Assembly: GCA_018711265.1 (NCBI GenBank)
Contig: DVIM01000165.1
Span: 1-53,423 of the forward strand
Origin: Candidatus Spyradocola merdavium
GTDB lineage: Bacteria; Bacillota; Clostridia; Christensenellales; UBA1750
DNA: 53,423 nt
Reading direction: 5' to 3'
Positions 7,091 to 15,240 of this stretch are shown here, piece by piece (the first letter of the stretch is position 1; every line of letters begins with the position of its first letter). The notes under the pieces were generated by a model, which saw only the letters and a list, made by a program, of their open reading frames with translations, was not told where the DNA came from and did no database searches. A program made the position numbers and the translations under genes.

Positions 7091-9601
7091 TCAGTCGGGG
7101 CGGTGCATCGTCACCTGGACCTTCTTGTTCTGCGCGTCCAGGGCGTGAATCCAAACCGTCAAAACGTCGCCGCTGGAGAGCGTCGTGCCCTCCAGGATCT
7201 GCGACTTGTGCAGCAGCACGTTGCCCTCGGCATAGCCGATGTCCACGAACGCGCCGTAGGGGACCAGGTCGCGGACCGTCGCATTGTAGCGCTGGCCGAC
7301 CGCCAGGTCGCGGAAGTTCTCCACCACCGTCGGGCGCTGCGTGAAGATGTTCGCCGGGTCCGCCCAAGCCCAGCTCGAGCGCGCGGCGCGCGGCGCGCGG
7401 GCCGGTTTTTCCGGCTTCGCCGCCTTCTCCGGGCGCTCCGGCTTCTCGGGCTTTGCCGGCTTTTCCGCGCGGGCGGGCGCGTCGGCCGCCTGCGCGGCGG
7501 GCTTGGCCTCCTCGCGCCGGGCGAGGATCGCCTCTGCCGGTTCGGCCAGCTCGCACTGATAGGAGCCGCCGCAGGTGTTGGGCGAGAGCACGCGCACCTG
7601 CGCGCGCAGGCCGTGGAACTCCTGCGCCTTGTGGCCGGAGAGCCGCTTGAGCGAGATCGTTCCCGTGATCTCGTCCGACTCGGCCTTCAGGGCCTTGGCC
7701 GCGGTCGTGCCGGTGAAGCGCATCTCCAGCGTCTTGCCGACCCAGGGATCGTTCGCCGCCTCTTCCACGCCCGGCGCGGGAGCGGCTTCCTGTGCGGCCT
7801 GCGAGGTCTGCGAGACCTGCGGAGCCTGGGAAGGCTGCGCGGGCGCTTCGGCGGGGGCTGCGGCAGGCGCTTCCGCGGGCGCTGCGGCGGGAGATTCGGC
7901 GTCCGGCTCGGCAAAGGAGAGCTGGTAGGTGTTGCCCAGCTGGTTGCGGCCCTCGACGCGCACGGCGATGGGCTTGCCGAGCAGCTCCTCCAGGGTGCGT
8001 GCGCCCAGGCGGCGGCGCGAGATGGTCCCCAGCGCGCCCGTGCTGACGATGCGGCCGCGGATGCCCTGGTTGGCCGTGCGCCCGCTGGGGATGAAGGTGT
8101 AGGTCTGGCCGATGGTCGGCTCCGCCTGCTCCGGCGCGGCCTGCGGCTTTGCCGGCTCCGCGGGCGCCTCGGCGGGCGCCGCGGGCGCTGCGAGCGCTGC
8201 GGGCGCTTCTGGCGTTTGCGCGGCGGGGGCTTCCGGCGCGGCCTCCTCGGCGGCGCGCTCCTCACCCTCGTCCTCGCCGTCCTCGTCCTCCTCGTCCAGG
8301 AGCAGGTCGTCGGGGTTGATGGAGCTGGGGTTCAGCCAGCTGTTGTCCGGCTTGCACAGGATGCGCGCGTTGTTGTACGCCCAGGGGAGGAGAAGTATCG
8401 TCTCCGGAACGTAGAACCCGTCGCGCCGGGACAGGACCAGGGCGAAGTCCGGGGGAGAGAAGTAGTCCGCCGAAAGGTAGATCGGCATCAGGAACTGGAT
8501 CTGTCCCTCGTAGCGGACGCGCTTGCCGCCCACGTACTCCACGCCCGCGGGCCGGTACTGGGGGATGACGTACTTGTAGTTGCGCTGGGCCATCATGCAG
8601 GAAATCTTGATGGCGTTGTTGAGCATCTGCGCCAGGGACCAGGGCGGAATGGGCTTGCCGGTCTGGCTGACGGTGTACTTCTTGGGGAAGCGGTTGCGGC
8701 GGATGCCGTCGTCGATGATGTGTTCGAGCTTGCTCTCGGTAAAGTCGATGGTGATGGAGGGGTCGTAGACGATCTCGGAGACCGAGCGGTAGAACGAGGC
8801 CATGCCCGGGCCGGGGTCGATGTCGCGCTGGGCGAAGCCGTAGTGCTTGACCAGCTCAATCTTGCTGTCGACAAAGCGCGGGTTGTTGCAGGTGAAGATG
8901 CCGTCCTCGCGCAGGGCGTGCACCTCGCCGGTGAGGTACAGGTCCTGGGCGTACTTGGTCAGCAGCCCCGTGTTGAAATAGCAGTACTTCCTGTCCTGCG
9001 AGAAGACGATTTTTCCATAGTTGTCGCTGTTTTTGTCGTTGTATTCCAGCATCAGCTTGGAAAAGGTGTGCCGAAGGTAGGACTCGAGGATCTGGTACCG
9101 CGTGCAGCGGCGGATGAGCGCGGGATTTTCCTCGCTGCGGGGAAAGCCCCACTGCTCGCCGGGAAGGAGAACCTCGTGGATGCCGCAGATGAAATCGTTC
9201 GCCTCGCGGAAGTTCTTGAAGTTGAGGTAGCCGATGTGGTAGGCCGAAAGGATGCCGTACACCGTGGGCCGCGCGCCCACGTAGACCGCGGACCACTTCT
9301 GCCCCGGATGCTGGCAGACATAGGCCAAGATCTCCTGGCCCTTGGTGTCCGTCAGGCCGATGCTGACCGCCTTGGCGACGATCTCGCGCGTGGACTGCGG
9401 CGCCGCCTTGGAAACGGCGATGCCGCCCTGCTTGTCGCAGGTGTAGTACTCGATGCAGCCCCGATCCAACTCCTGTTGCACAAAATGGTGGACGTGCTGC
9501 TTGTCCTGGGCGGTTACATCACGACCCAGAAGATCGCTGAGCTTGCCGTAAAAAATGCCCTCGTTGATGTAACCGAACCCGAACAGTCCGGTTTTTGCCA
9601 T
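7091..9601 (-). CDS. DUF3825-domain protein with two divergent OB-like repeats and a C-terminal S1 RNA-binding domain, 836 aa
   Basis: YCYFNTGLLT, RNYKYVIPQY, QFLMPIYL, PDFALVL, WAYNNARILCKPDNSWL (DUF3825-like); C-terminal VGQRYNATVRDLVPYGAFVDIG..LLHKSQI (S1); Pro/Ala/Glu linkers. Confidence 0.8.
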   Translation of the reverse strand: MAKTGLFGFGYINEGIFYGKLSDLLGRDVTAQDKQHVHHFVQQELDRGCIEYYTCDKQGGIAVSKAAPQSTREIVAKAVSIGLTDTKGQEILAYVCQHPGQKWSAVYVGARPTVYGILSAYHIGYLNFKNFREANDFICGIHEVLLPGEQWGFPRSEENPALIRRCTRYQILESYLRHTFSKLMLEYNDKNSDNYGKIVFSQDRKYCYFNTGLLTKYAQDLYLTGEVHALREDGIFTCNNPRFVDSKIELVKHYGFAQRDIDPGPGMASFYRSVSEIVYDPSITIDFTESKLEHIIDDGIRRNRFPKKYTVSQTGKPIPPWSLAQMLNNAIKISCMMAQRNYKYVIPQYRPAGVEYVGGKRVRYEGQIQFLMPIYLSADYFSPPDFALVLSRRDGFYVPETILLLPWAYNNARILCKPDNSWLNPSSINPDDLLLDEEDEDGEDEGEERAAEEAAPEAPAAQTPEAPAALAAPAAPAEAPAEPAKPQAAPEQAEPTIGQTYTFIPSGRTANQGIRGRIVSTGALGTISRRRLGARTLEELLGKPIAVRVEGRNQLGNTYQLSFAEPDAESPAAAPAEAPAAAPAEAPAQPSQAPQVSQTSQAAQEAAPAPGVEEAANDPWVGKTLEMRFTGTTAAKALKAESDEITGTISLKRLSGHKAQEFHGLRAQVRVLSPNTCGGSYQCELAEPAEAILARREEAKPAAQAADAPARAEKPAKPEKPERPEKAAKPEKPARAPRAARSSWAWADPANIFTQRPTVVENFRDLAVGQRYNATVRDLVPYGAFVDIGYAEGNVLLHKSQILEGTTLSSGDVLTVWIHALDAQNKKVQVTMHRPD

Positions 9602-9721
9602 ACATTCACTCCCTTGTAAAAAAGTTTCAAAAGGCGGATCGCCGGGCGCGCCAAAAGCGCGCGCCCGCCCATCAGCGCACGCAATACAAAAGTATGGTGT
9701 GCAGCGATCCTCTTTTCATCC

Positions 9722-9750
9722 ATTATATAGGAAAACCGCGGTCAAGTCAA
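9722..9750 (-). promoter_or_regulatory. Sigma-A promoter of the DUF3825-S1 gene
   Basis: TTGACT-17 nt-TATAAT on the minus strand. Confidence 0.7.
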
Positions 9751-9830
9751 ACAAACCCTTGACAAATCGCGGGCGCGGCCCCTTTTCCCGGAAAAGACCG
9801 CGGAAAGGGCGGCTGCGCGGCCGGAAAGGC

Positions 9831-9859
9831 TTGACAATTCGGCCGCCCTGCCGCATAAT
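9831..9859 (+). promoter_or_regulatory. Sigma-A promoter of the dap operon
   Basis: TTGACA-17 nt-CATAAT. Confidence 0.75.
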
Positions 9860-9867
9860 GAAACCAT

Positions 9868-10056
9868 GACCTTGCAGAGGTTGCGGAAGCCCGCGTACCC
9901 TGCCGCAGCGGATGGCGCATCCACAGAAAGCGGAAGGGGAAGGAGGCTCCCGCCGAAAGCGGCCGGCCCGCGCCGGGCGGACCGCTTGGGCGCGCAGAGC
10001 ACGTCTGTGCGACTGTCACCGGCCGAAGAGAGGGCCGGTGGGGCGCTGGCACAGGG
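9868..10056 (+). ncRNA. Lysine riboswitch (L-box); expression-platform terminator near 10101-10125
   Basis: AGAGGTTGCG...AAGGGGAAGG...CGCCGAA...TGGG...ACTGTC...GGGGCGCT in the expected order upstream of dapA; GGCGCTC-gaaa-GAGCGTC-TTTTTT follows; boundaries approximate. Confidence 0.9.
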
Positions 10057-10216
10057 CAAGAACCGTTTCTTCCGCCATTCCGCGTGGAGGCTCTTGCCGC
10101 GGCGCTCGAAAGAGCGTCTTTTTTTGTATCATTTGCCCTCCCTCCCTCGTATGGATGAAGGGAGGAAAAGCAGCGCAAGCTGAGACGTGGGAAAGAAGAA
10201 AGGGGAGCAAACGACA

Positions 10217-11104
10217 ATGAAGGAAAAGCGCGTGGTCTTTACCGGCAGCGCAACGGCCATGGTGACGCCCTTTACCGGCGACGGCCTGAACCTAAAGACT
10301 TTGGACCAACTGGTGGACTATCAGCTCGCCGGGGGCACGGACGCGCTCGTCGTCTGCGGCACGACGGGCGAACCCTCCACCATGGACATCTCGGAGGAGG
10401 CCGTGGTCATCAGCCGGACCGTCGAGCGCGTGGGCGGGCGCGTGCCCGTCATCGCGGGCGCGGGCAGCAACGACACCGCCTTTGCCGTGCAGTCCGTCAG
10501 GCAGGCCAAGAACCTGGGGGCGGACGCGCTGCTGCTGGTCACGCCCTATTACAACAAGACCTCGCAGCAGGGCCTGATCCGGCACTTTTTGACCATCGCG
10601 GACGCGACGGACCTGCCCATCCTCCTCTACAACGTGCCCAGCCGCACGGGGCTGAACCTTCTGCCCGCAACGCTCAAGGAGCTGGCCAAGCACGAGAACA
10701 TCGTCGGCGTCAAGGAGGCCTCGGGCAACATCGAGCAGATCGCGGAGATCGCCTGCACCTGCCCGGAGCTCGCGCTCTACTCCGGAAACGACGACCAGGT
10801 CCTGCCCCTGCTCGCCCTGGGCGGAAAGGGCGTGATCTCGGTGGTGGCCAACCTCCTTCCGGGCAAGACGCACGACATGGTGCGCCTGTGGATGGAGGGC
10901 GACATCGAGGGCAGCCGCGCGCTGCAGTTTGAACTGTTCCCGCTCATCAAGGCGTTGTTCAGCGAGGTCAACCCCATCCCGGTCAAGACCGCGCTGTGCG
11001 ACATGGGCTTTGACTGCGGGCCCCTGCGCCTGCCCCTGATCGAGATGCAGGAGGCCACCCATGCCCGCCTGCGCGAGGAGATGCACCGGATGGGCCTGCT
11101 CTAG
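10217..11104 (+). CDS. dapA: 4-hydroxy-tetrahydrodipicolinate synthase
   Basis: CGTTGE, VTPYYNK, LYNVPSRTG, GVKEASG, NPIPVK. Confidence 0.95.
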   Translation: MKEKRVVFTGSATAMVTPFTGDGLNLKTLDQLVDYQLAGGTDALVVCGTTGEPSTMDISEEAVVISRTVERVGGRVPVIAGAGSNDTAFAVQSVRQAKNLGADALLLVTPYYNKTSQQGLIRHFLTIADATDLPILLYNVPSRTGLNLLPATLKELAKHENIVGVKEASGNIEQIAEIACTCPELALYSGNDDQVLPLLALGGKGVISVVANLLPGKTHDMVRLWMEGDIEGSRALQFELFPLIKALFSEVNPIPVKTALCDMGFDCGPLRLPLIEMQEATHARLREEMHRMGLL

Positions 11105-11132
11105 GAGCTTTTTACGAAAAGGAGGTTTGACC

Positions 11133-12329
11133 ATGGTTTCGATTCTCATCAACGGCGCATGCGGCAAGATGGGCCGCGCGCTGGCCGAGGCCGCCGCGGC
11201 GCAGGGCGTTTCCGTCGTCGCGGGGGTGGACCGCTACGCGGCCGGCGCCACCGCCTATTATCCCCTGTACGAGAACATCAACGACTGCAAGCTCGCGGCG
11301 GACGTGGTCGTGGACTTCTCCCGGCCGGACGCGCTGCGCGACCTGATCCCCTACTGCACGCAGCGGGGCATGGGCCTCGTGCTGGCCACGACCGGCTACT
11401 CCGCCGAGGAGCTGGAGGCCATCGAGCGCGCCTCGCAGGTGATCCCGGTCTTTAAGACCGCGAACATGTCGCTGGGCATCAACGTGATGCTGGACCTTGT
11501 GCAAAAGGCGGCCAAGGCCCTGCCGGAGTTCGACATCGAGATCGTGGAAAAGCACCACAACGCCAAGGTGGACGCGCCCTCCGGCACGGCGCTGCTCATC
11601 GCCGACGCGATGAAGGAGGCCTGCCTTGCGGACAAGACCTACGTCTTCGGCCGGCACACCAAGACCCAGCGCCGCCAGCGCGAGGAGATCGGCATCCACG
11701 CCGTGCGCGGCGGCACGGTCACGGGCGAGCACGAGGTCTACTTCTTCGGCAACGACGAGACGATCGAGATCAAGCACGCCGCGGCCTCGCGCCGGATCTT
11801 CGCCCTGGGCGCGCTGCAGGCGGCGGCCTTCCTGCAGGGCAAAAAGCCCGGCCTCTACGACATGCGGGACGTGCTGCTGGAGAAGTCCGGCGTGACGAAC
11901 CTCTACACGGACGATGGCCAGACGCTGCTGACGCTGCGCGGCCTCGGCTTTGGCCGGGAGACGGCCCGCGTCTTCTCCAGCCTTGCCGCATCGGAGGTCA
12001 ACGTGGACATGATCTCCCAGGCCGCGCCCGCCGGGGGCAAGGTGGACCTCTCCTTCACCATCGCGCGCGCGGACCTGCCGCGCGCCAAGGAGGTGCTCGG
12101 CGCCCTGGGCCTCGCCCCGGAAGAGGACGGCCAGGTCTGCAAGATCGTGATCGAGGGCGTGGGCATGGAGCACCAGCCCGGCGTCGCGGCAGGCGTGTTC
12201 GAGGCGCTGGAGGGCGCGGGCATCTCGCCCCGGCTCATCTCCACGTCGGAGACGAAGATCGGCGTGGCCGTGTCCTGCGCGGACGCCGACCGCGCCGCCC
12301 AGGTCCTGCGCGAGAAGTACGCGCTCTAA
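11133..12329 (+). CDS. dapB: 4-hydroxy-tetrahydrodipicolinate reductase fused to two C-terminal ACT domains, 398 aa
   Basis: NGACGKMG, VDFSRP, ATTG, EKHHNAKVDAPSGTA; then an aspartokinase-beta-like tail (NVDMISQ, GVGMEHQPGVAA, ISTSETKI). Confidence 0.92.
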   Translation: MVSILINGACGKMGRALAEAAAAQGVSVVAGVDRYAAGATAYYPLYENINDCKLAADVVVDFSRPDALRDLIPYCTQRGMGLVLATTGYSAEELEAIERASQVIPVFKTANMSLGINVMLDLVQKAAKALPEFDIEIVEKHHNAKVDAPSGTALLIADAMKEACLADKTYVFGRHTKTQRRQREEIGIHAVRGGTVTGEHEVYFFGNDETIEIKHAAASRRIFALGALQAAAFLQGKKPGLYDMRDVLLEKSGVTNLYTDDGQTLLTLRGLGFGRETARVFSSLAASEVNVDMISQAAPAGGKVDLSFTIARADLPRAKEVLGALGLAPEEDGQVCKIVIEGVGMEHQPGVAAGVFEALEGAGISPRLISTSETKIGVAVSCADADRAAQVLREKYAL

Positions 12330-12347
12330 GACCTGCAAAAGCGCAGG

Positions 12348-12395
12348 AAACCCGCAGCGGCCGGAGGGATTTTCCCTTCGGCCGCTGCGGGTTTT
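12348..12395. terminator. Bidirectional intrinsic terminator
   Basis: AAACCCGCAGCGGCCGGAGGGA-ttt-TCCCTTCGGCCGCTGCGGGTTTT. Confidence 0.85.
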
Positions 12396-12413
12396 GGGAT
12401 TCGGCGCGTTGCT

Positions 12414-13286
12414 TTAGCGGAAGAGGCCCGTCAGCCAGGACCAGAAGCCCTGGAACGCGCTCTCGATGCGCGACCAGAGGCCGCTCGCCTGCTCGGAGAG
12501 GTTCTGCAGGCGCTGGAAGTTGTTCACCAGGCCCTGCAGCTGGCCCGCGAGCTGCTCCGGGTCCAGATCGAGCTGCGCGATGCGCACGCCGAGGTTTGTG
12601 ATCTGGTCGATCTGCTCGTCCGTGAGGTCCACGCCGAGCTGGCGCGCGCCCTCGACCACGTACGGGCGCAGGGTGTCAAAGTCCGTCAGGTTGTAGTCCG
12701 CGATGGCCTGCTTGACCATGGCGATGAGCTCCACCGCCTGGTCGGAGCCGATGATGTCGGCAAGGTCGCCGGTCAGGACCATCTCGCTGCCGGCGGCGGC
12801 CTTGGCCGCTGCGCTCAGCTCCGTGCCCGCCGCGCTCTCGTAGGCCTTGAGGATGCCCGCCAGCGCCGCCGTGCCCGAAACCGAGACCGGCGCGGCCACG
12901 ACAATGGTCGCGTCCTGCACGCCGGCGGTGGACAGGGCCGAGGCGTACATCTGCGGCGTGACCCAGTCGATGTTGTAGACCGTCACCGCGATGCCCGCGC
13001 CCTCCTGCGCGAGCGTCACCCGCGCCGAGGAGAGCGAGCGCGAGCCGATCTTCTCGGCCGGGACGATGTCCCCGAGCAGCGAGACCTCGTCCTCGTGCGT
13101 CACGGGGATGAGCGTATCCGTCGCCGGGTCCGCCTCCAGCAGGTCCAGAACCAGGGTGTATTGCTCGCTCGTCAGGTCCTCGCCGTAGCAGGTGATGCTG
13201 GCGGAATCCGCTTGCACCGCCTGCGGCAGCAGGAGCGCGAGCAGGAGCAGCAGCGCCGCGACGCGGCGCCTCATGCGCACGTTCAT
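12414..13286 (-). CDS. DUF1002 (YpuA-like) secreted protein, 290 aa
   Basis: Signal peptide; YGEDLT, VTHEDE, SLSSA, MYASALSTAG, VSGTAALAGILKAYE; GGAGG RBS. Confidence 0.85.
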   Translation of the reverse strand: MNVRMRRRVAALLLLLALLLPQAVQADSASITCYGEDLTSEQYTLVLDLLEADPATDTLIPVTHEDEVSLLGDIVPAEKIGSRSLSSARVTLAQEGAGIAVTVYNIDWVTPQMYASALSTAGVQDATIVVAAPVSVSGTAALAGILKAYESAAGTELSAAAKAAAGSEMVLTGDLADIIGSDQAVELIAMVKQAIADYNLTDFDTLRPYVVEGARQLGVDLTDEQIDQITNLGVRIAQLDLDPEQLAGQLQGLVNNFQRLQNLSEQASGLWSRIESAFQGFWSWLTGLFR

Positions 13287-13412
13287 GTCCGTTCCTCCTC
13301 CTATGTGGATCCATATGGAAACATTTATGCGCTTTCTCACGTTTATATGACGCGGCAGTGTGCCGTTGCGTTGCAGGCAGATAGAAAAAGAGAGAAATCG
13401 AGGCGAGAGAAA

Positions 13413-13991
13413 ATGCAACCGACGAGAGAACAGGCTTGGGAATGGCTGAAGGAATACACCAAGAGCGAGGCGCTGCGCCGCCACGCCCTGACGGTGGAGG
13501 GCTGCATGCGCCACTTTGCGGCGCTTGCGGGCGAGGACGCGGAGCTCTGGGGCGTCGTGGGCCTTCTGCACGACCTGGACTATGAACAGTATCCCGACGA
13601 GCACTGCACGAAGGTGCAGGAGATCCTGCGGGAAAAGGACGTCGATCCCGCGATCATCCGCGCGGTGGCCAGCCACGGCTTTGGCATTTGCAGCGACATC
13701 GAGCCCGAGAGCAGGATGGAGAAGACGCTCTACGCCATCGACGAGCTGACCGGCCTCATCACGGCCGCGGCCATCATGCGCCCGAGCAAGAGCGTGATGG
13801 ACCTGGAGCTCAAGTCCGTCAAGAAGAAGTACAAGACGCCGTCCTTTGCCGCGGGGGTCAACCGCGCGGTCATCGAGCAGGGCGCGCAGCGGCTGGGCAC
13901 CACGGTGGACGAGCTCATCACCCAGTGCATCCTGGGCATGCGCGAATGCGCGCCCGCCATCGGCCTTGCGGGGGACGCGCCCGAGGCATGA
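13413..13991 (+). CDS. HD-domain metal-dependent hydrolase, 192 aa
   Basis: RHALTVE, GLLHDLDYE, IDELTG, SVKKKYK..FAAGVNR. Confidence 0.88.
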   Translation: MQPTREQAWEWLKEYTKSEALRRHALTVEGCMRHFAALAGEDAELWGVVGLLHDLDYEQYPDEHCTKVQEILREKDVDPAIIRAVASHGFGICSDIEPESRMEKTLYAIDELTGLITAAAIMRPSKSVMDLELKSVKKKYKTPSFAAGVNRAVIEQGAQRLGTTVDELITQCILGMRECAPAIGLAGDAPEA

Positions 13992-14872
13992 CCAGCGACC
14001 GGCTGCTCGGCATCCTCACCATCCTGCTGCGGCAGGGCCGCGCGACCGCGCCGGAGCTCGCCGCGCGCTTTGAGGTCTCGCGCCGCACGATCAACCGGGA
14101 CATCGACCGGCTCTGCCAGGCGGGAATCCCGGTGGAGTCCCGCGCGGGGTACGGCGGCGGCTTCTCCATCCGCGAGGGCTACCGCCTGCCGGAAAACCTG
14201 CTCACGGCGGAGGAGATGGAGGCGATCTTTGCCGGCGTGCAGGGGCTGGACAGCGTGGCGCAGGCCGCGCACGCCCCGTCGCTGCGGGACAAGCTCGCGC
14301 CGCCGGAGGAGGACTGGATCTCCATCGACCTGGGCGCCTGCGGGGACGAGGCGCTGGCGCAGCGCTTTGCGCAGATCCGCGCGGCGATCCGGGAGCGGCG
14401 CGTGCTCGAGATCCGCTACCTCTATGCAAACGGGGACAGCGTCCGGCGCGTGGAGCCGCATCGCCTGGTCTACCGGTGGGGCGGCTGGTACCTTGCGGCG
14501 TTTTGCCGGCTGCGCGGGGACTGGCGGCTCTTCCGGCTGGGCCGCATCCGCGCCCTGGAGGGGGCGCAGGAGCGCTTTGCGCGCCGGCCCGTGCCGGAGG
14601 CCATGCTCCTGCCGGACCCAAACGCGCCCCTGTACCCGCTCGCGGGGCGCCTGAACCCCCAGTGCCGCCACTACGCCCTGGAGGAGGGCGCGCAGGTCGA
14701 GGAGGGGCCGGACGGCTGGCTGCGCGTCCGCCTGGACTTTGCAAACCCCGAGGCGCGCCTGCGCTGGGCGCTGCGCTTCGGCGACGACCTCGAGGTGACG
14801 GAACCCGAATCGCTCCGGCAGGAGATCGCGCGCCGCGCGGAAACTCTTCTGCGCCGCACAAAGGGAACATGA
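13988..14872 (+). CDS. YafY-family HTH-WYL transcriptional regulator, 294 aa
   Basis: ELAARFEVSRRTINRDIDRL HTH; RRVEPHRL..GGWYLAAFC..RLFRLGRI WYL domain; ATGA overlap with the HD gene. Confidence 0.92.
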   Translation: MTSDRLLGILTILLRQGRATAPELAARFEVSRRTINRDIDRLCQAGIPVESRAGYGGGFSIREGYRLPENLLTAEEMEAIFAGVQGLDSVAQAAHAPSLRDKLAPPEEDWISIDLGACGDEALAQRFAQIRAAIRERRVLEIRYLYANGDSVRRVEPHRLVYRWGGWYLAAFCRLRGDWRLFRLGRIRALEGAQERFARRPVPEAMLLPDPNAPLYPLAGRLNPQCRHYALEEGAQVEEGPDGWLRVRLDFANPEARLRWALRFGDDLEVTEPESLRQEIARRAETLLRRTKGT

Positions 14873-14895
14873 CATTACGCTGTCATGTTCCCTTT
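14860..14895. promoter_or_regulatory. Perfect 15-bp inverted repeat, candidate WYL-regulator site, followed by extended -10 TGCTATACT
   Basis: AAAGGGAACATGACA-ttacgc-TGTCATGTTCCCTTT. Confidence 0.7.
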
Positions 14896-14926
14896 GCTAT
14901 ACTTGCGGCGGAAGGAGGGGAAGACC

Positions 14927-15184
14927 ATGGAATCCCGATGCGGAATCCTTTGCAGCGCGTGTACCTACCGGGAGAAGACGGGCTGCACGGGCTGCCGGAA
15001 CCAGCAGCCGTTCTGGGGCGCGTGCCCGGTCCGGGGCTGCTGCGAGGCGCGCGGCCACGACCACTGCGGCGTTTGCGGAGACTTCGTCTGCAAGCTGCTG
15101 CACAGCTTCGCCTACGACGCGGAGCACGGCGACGGCGCCGGGGCGCGCCTGGAGACCTGCCGCAGGTGGGCAAAGGGCGACTGA
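14927..15184 (+). CDS. DUF3795-like Cys-rich small protein, 85 aa
   Basis: SRCGILCSAC..CTGC..CPVRGCC..HCGVCGDFVC; AAGGAGG RBS. Confidence 0.8.
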   Translation: MESRCGILCSACTYREKTGCTGCRNQQPFWGACPVRGCCEARGHDHCGVCGDFVCKLLHSFAYDAEHGDGAGARLETCRRWAKGD

Positions 15185-15186
15185 CG

Positions 15187-15228
15187 CAGAGCGGGAGCGG
15201 AAGGCAAACACCTTCCGCTCCCGCTCTG
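15187..15228. terminator. Hairpin between convergent genes
   Basis: CAGAGCGGGAGCGGAAGG-caaaca-CCTTCCGCTCCCGCTCTG. Confidence 0.75.
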
Positions 15229-15240
15229 TATGGGACGGGG

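Noticed and set aside
7380-8300. Repetitive GC-rich tracts resembling a repeat array
   Set aside because: They encode Pro/Ala/Glu/Lys linkers of the DUF3825-S1 protein; no constant repeat-spacer structure, so not CRISPR.
13320-13352. TCATATA-14 nt-CATAAAT upstream of the DUF1002 gene, like a sporulation sigma-E promoter
   Set aside because: Short degenerate match with no independent support in the window.
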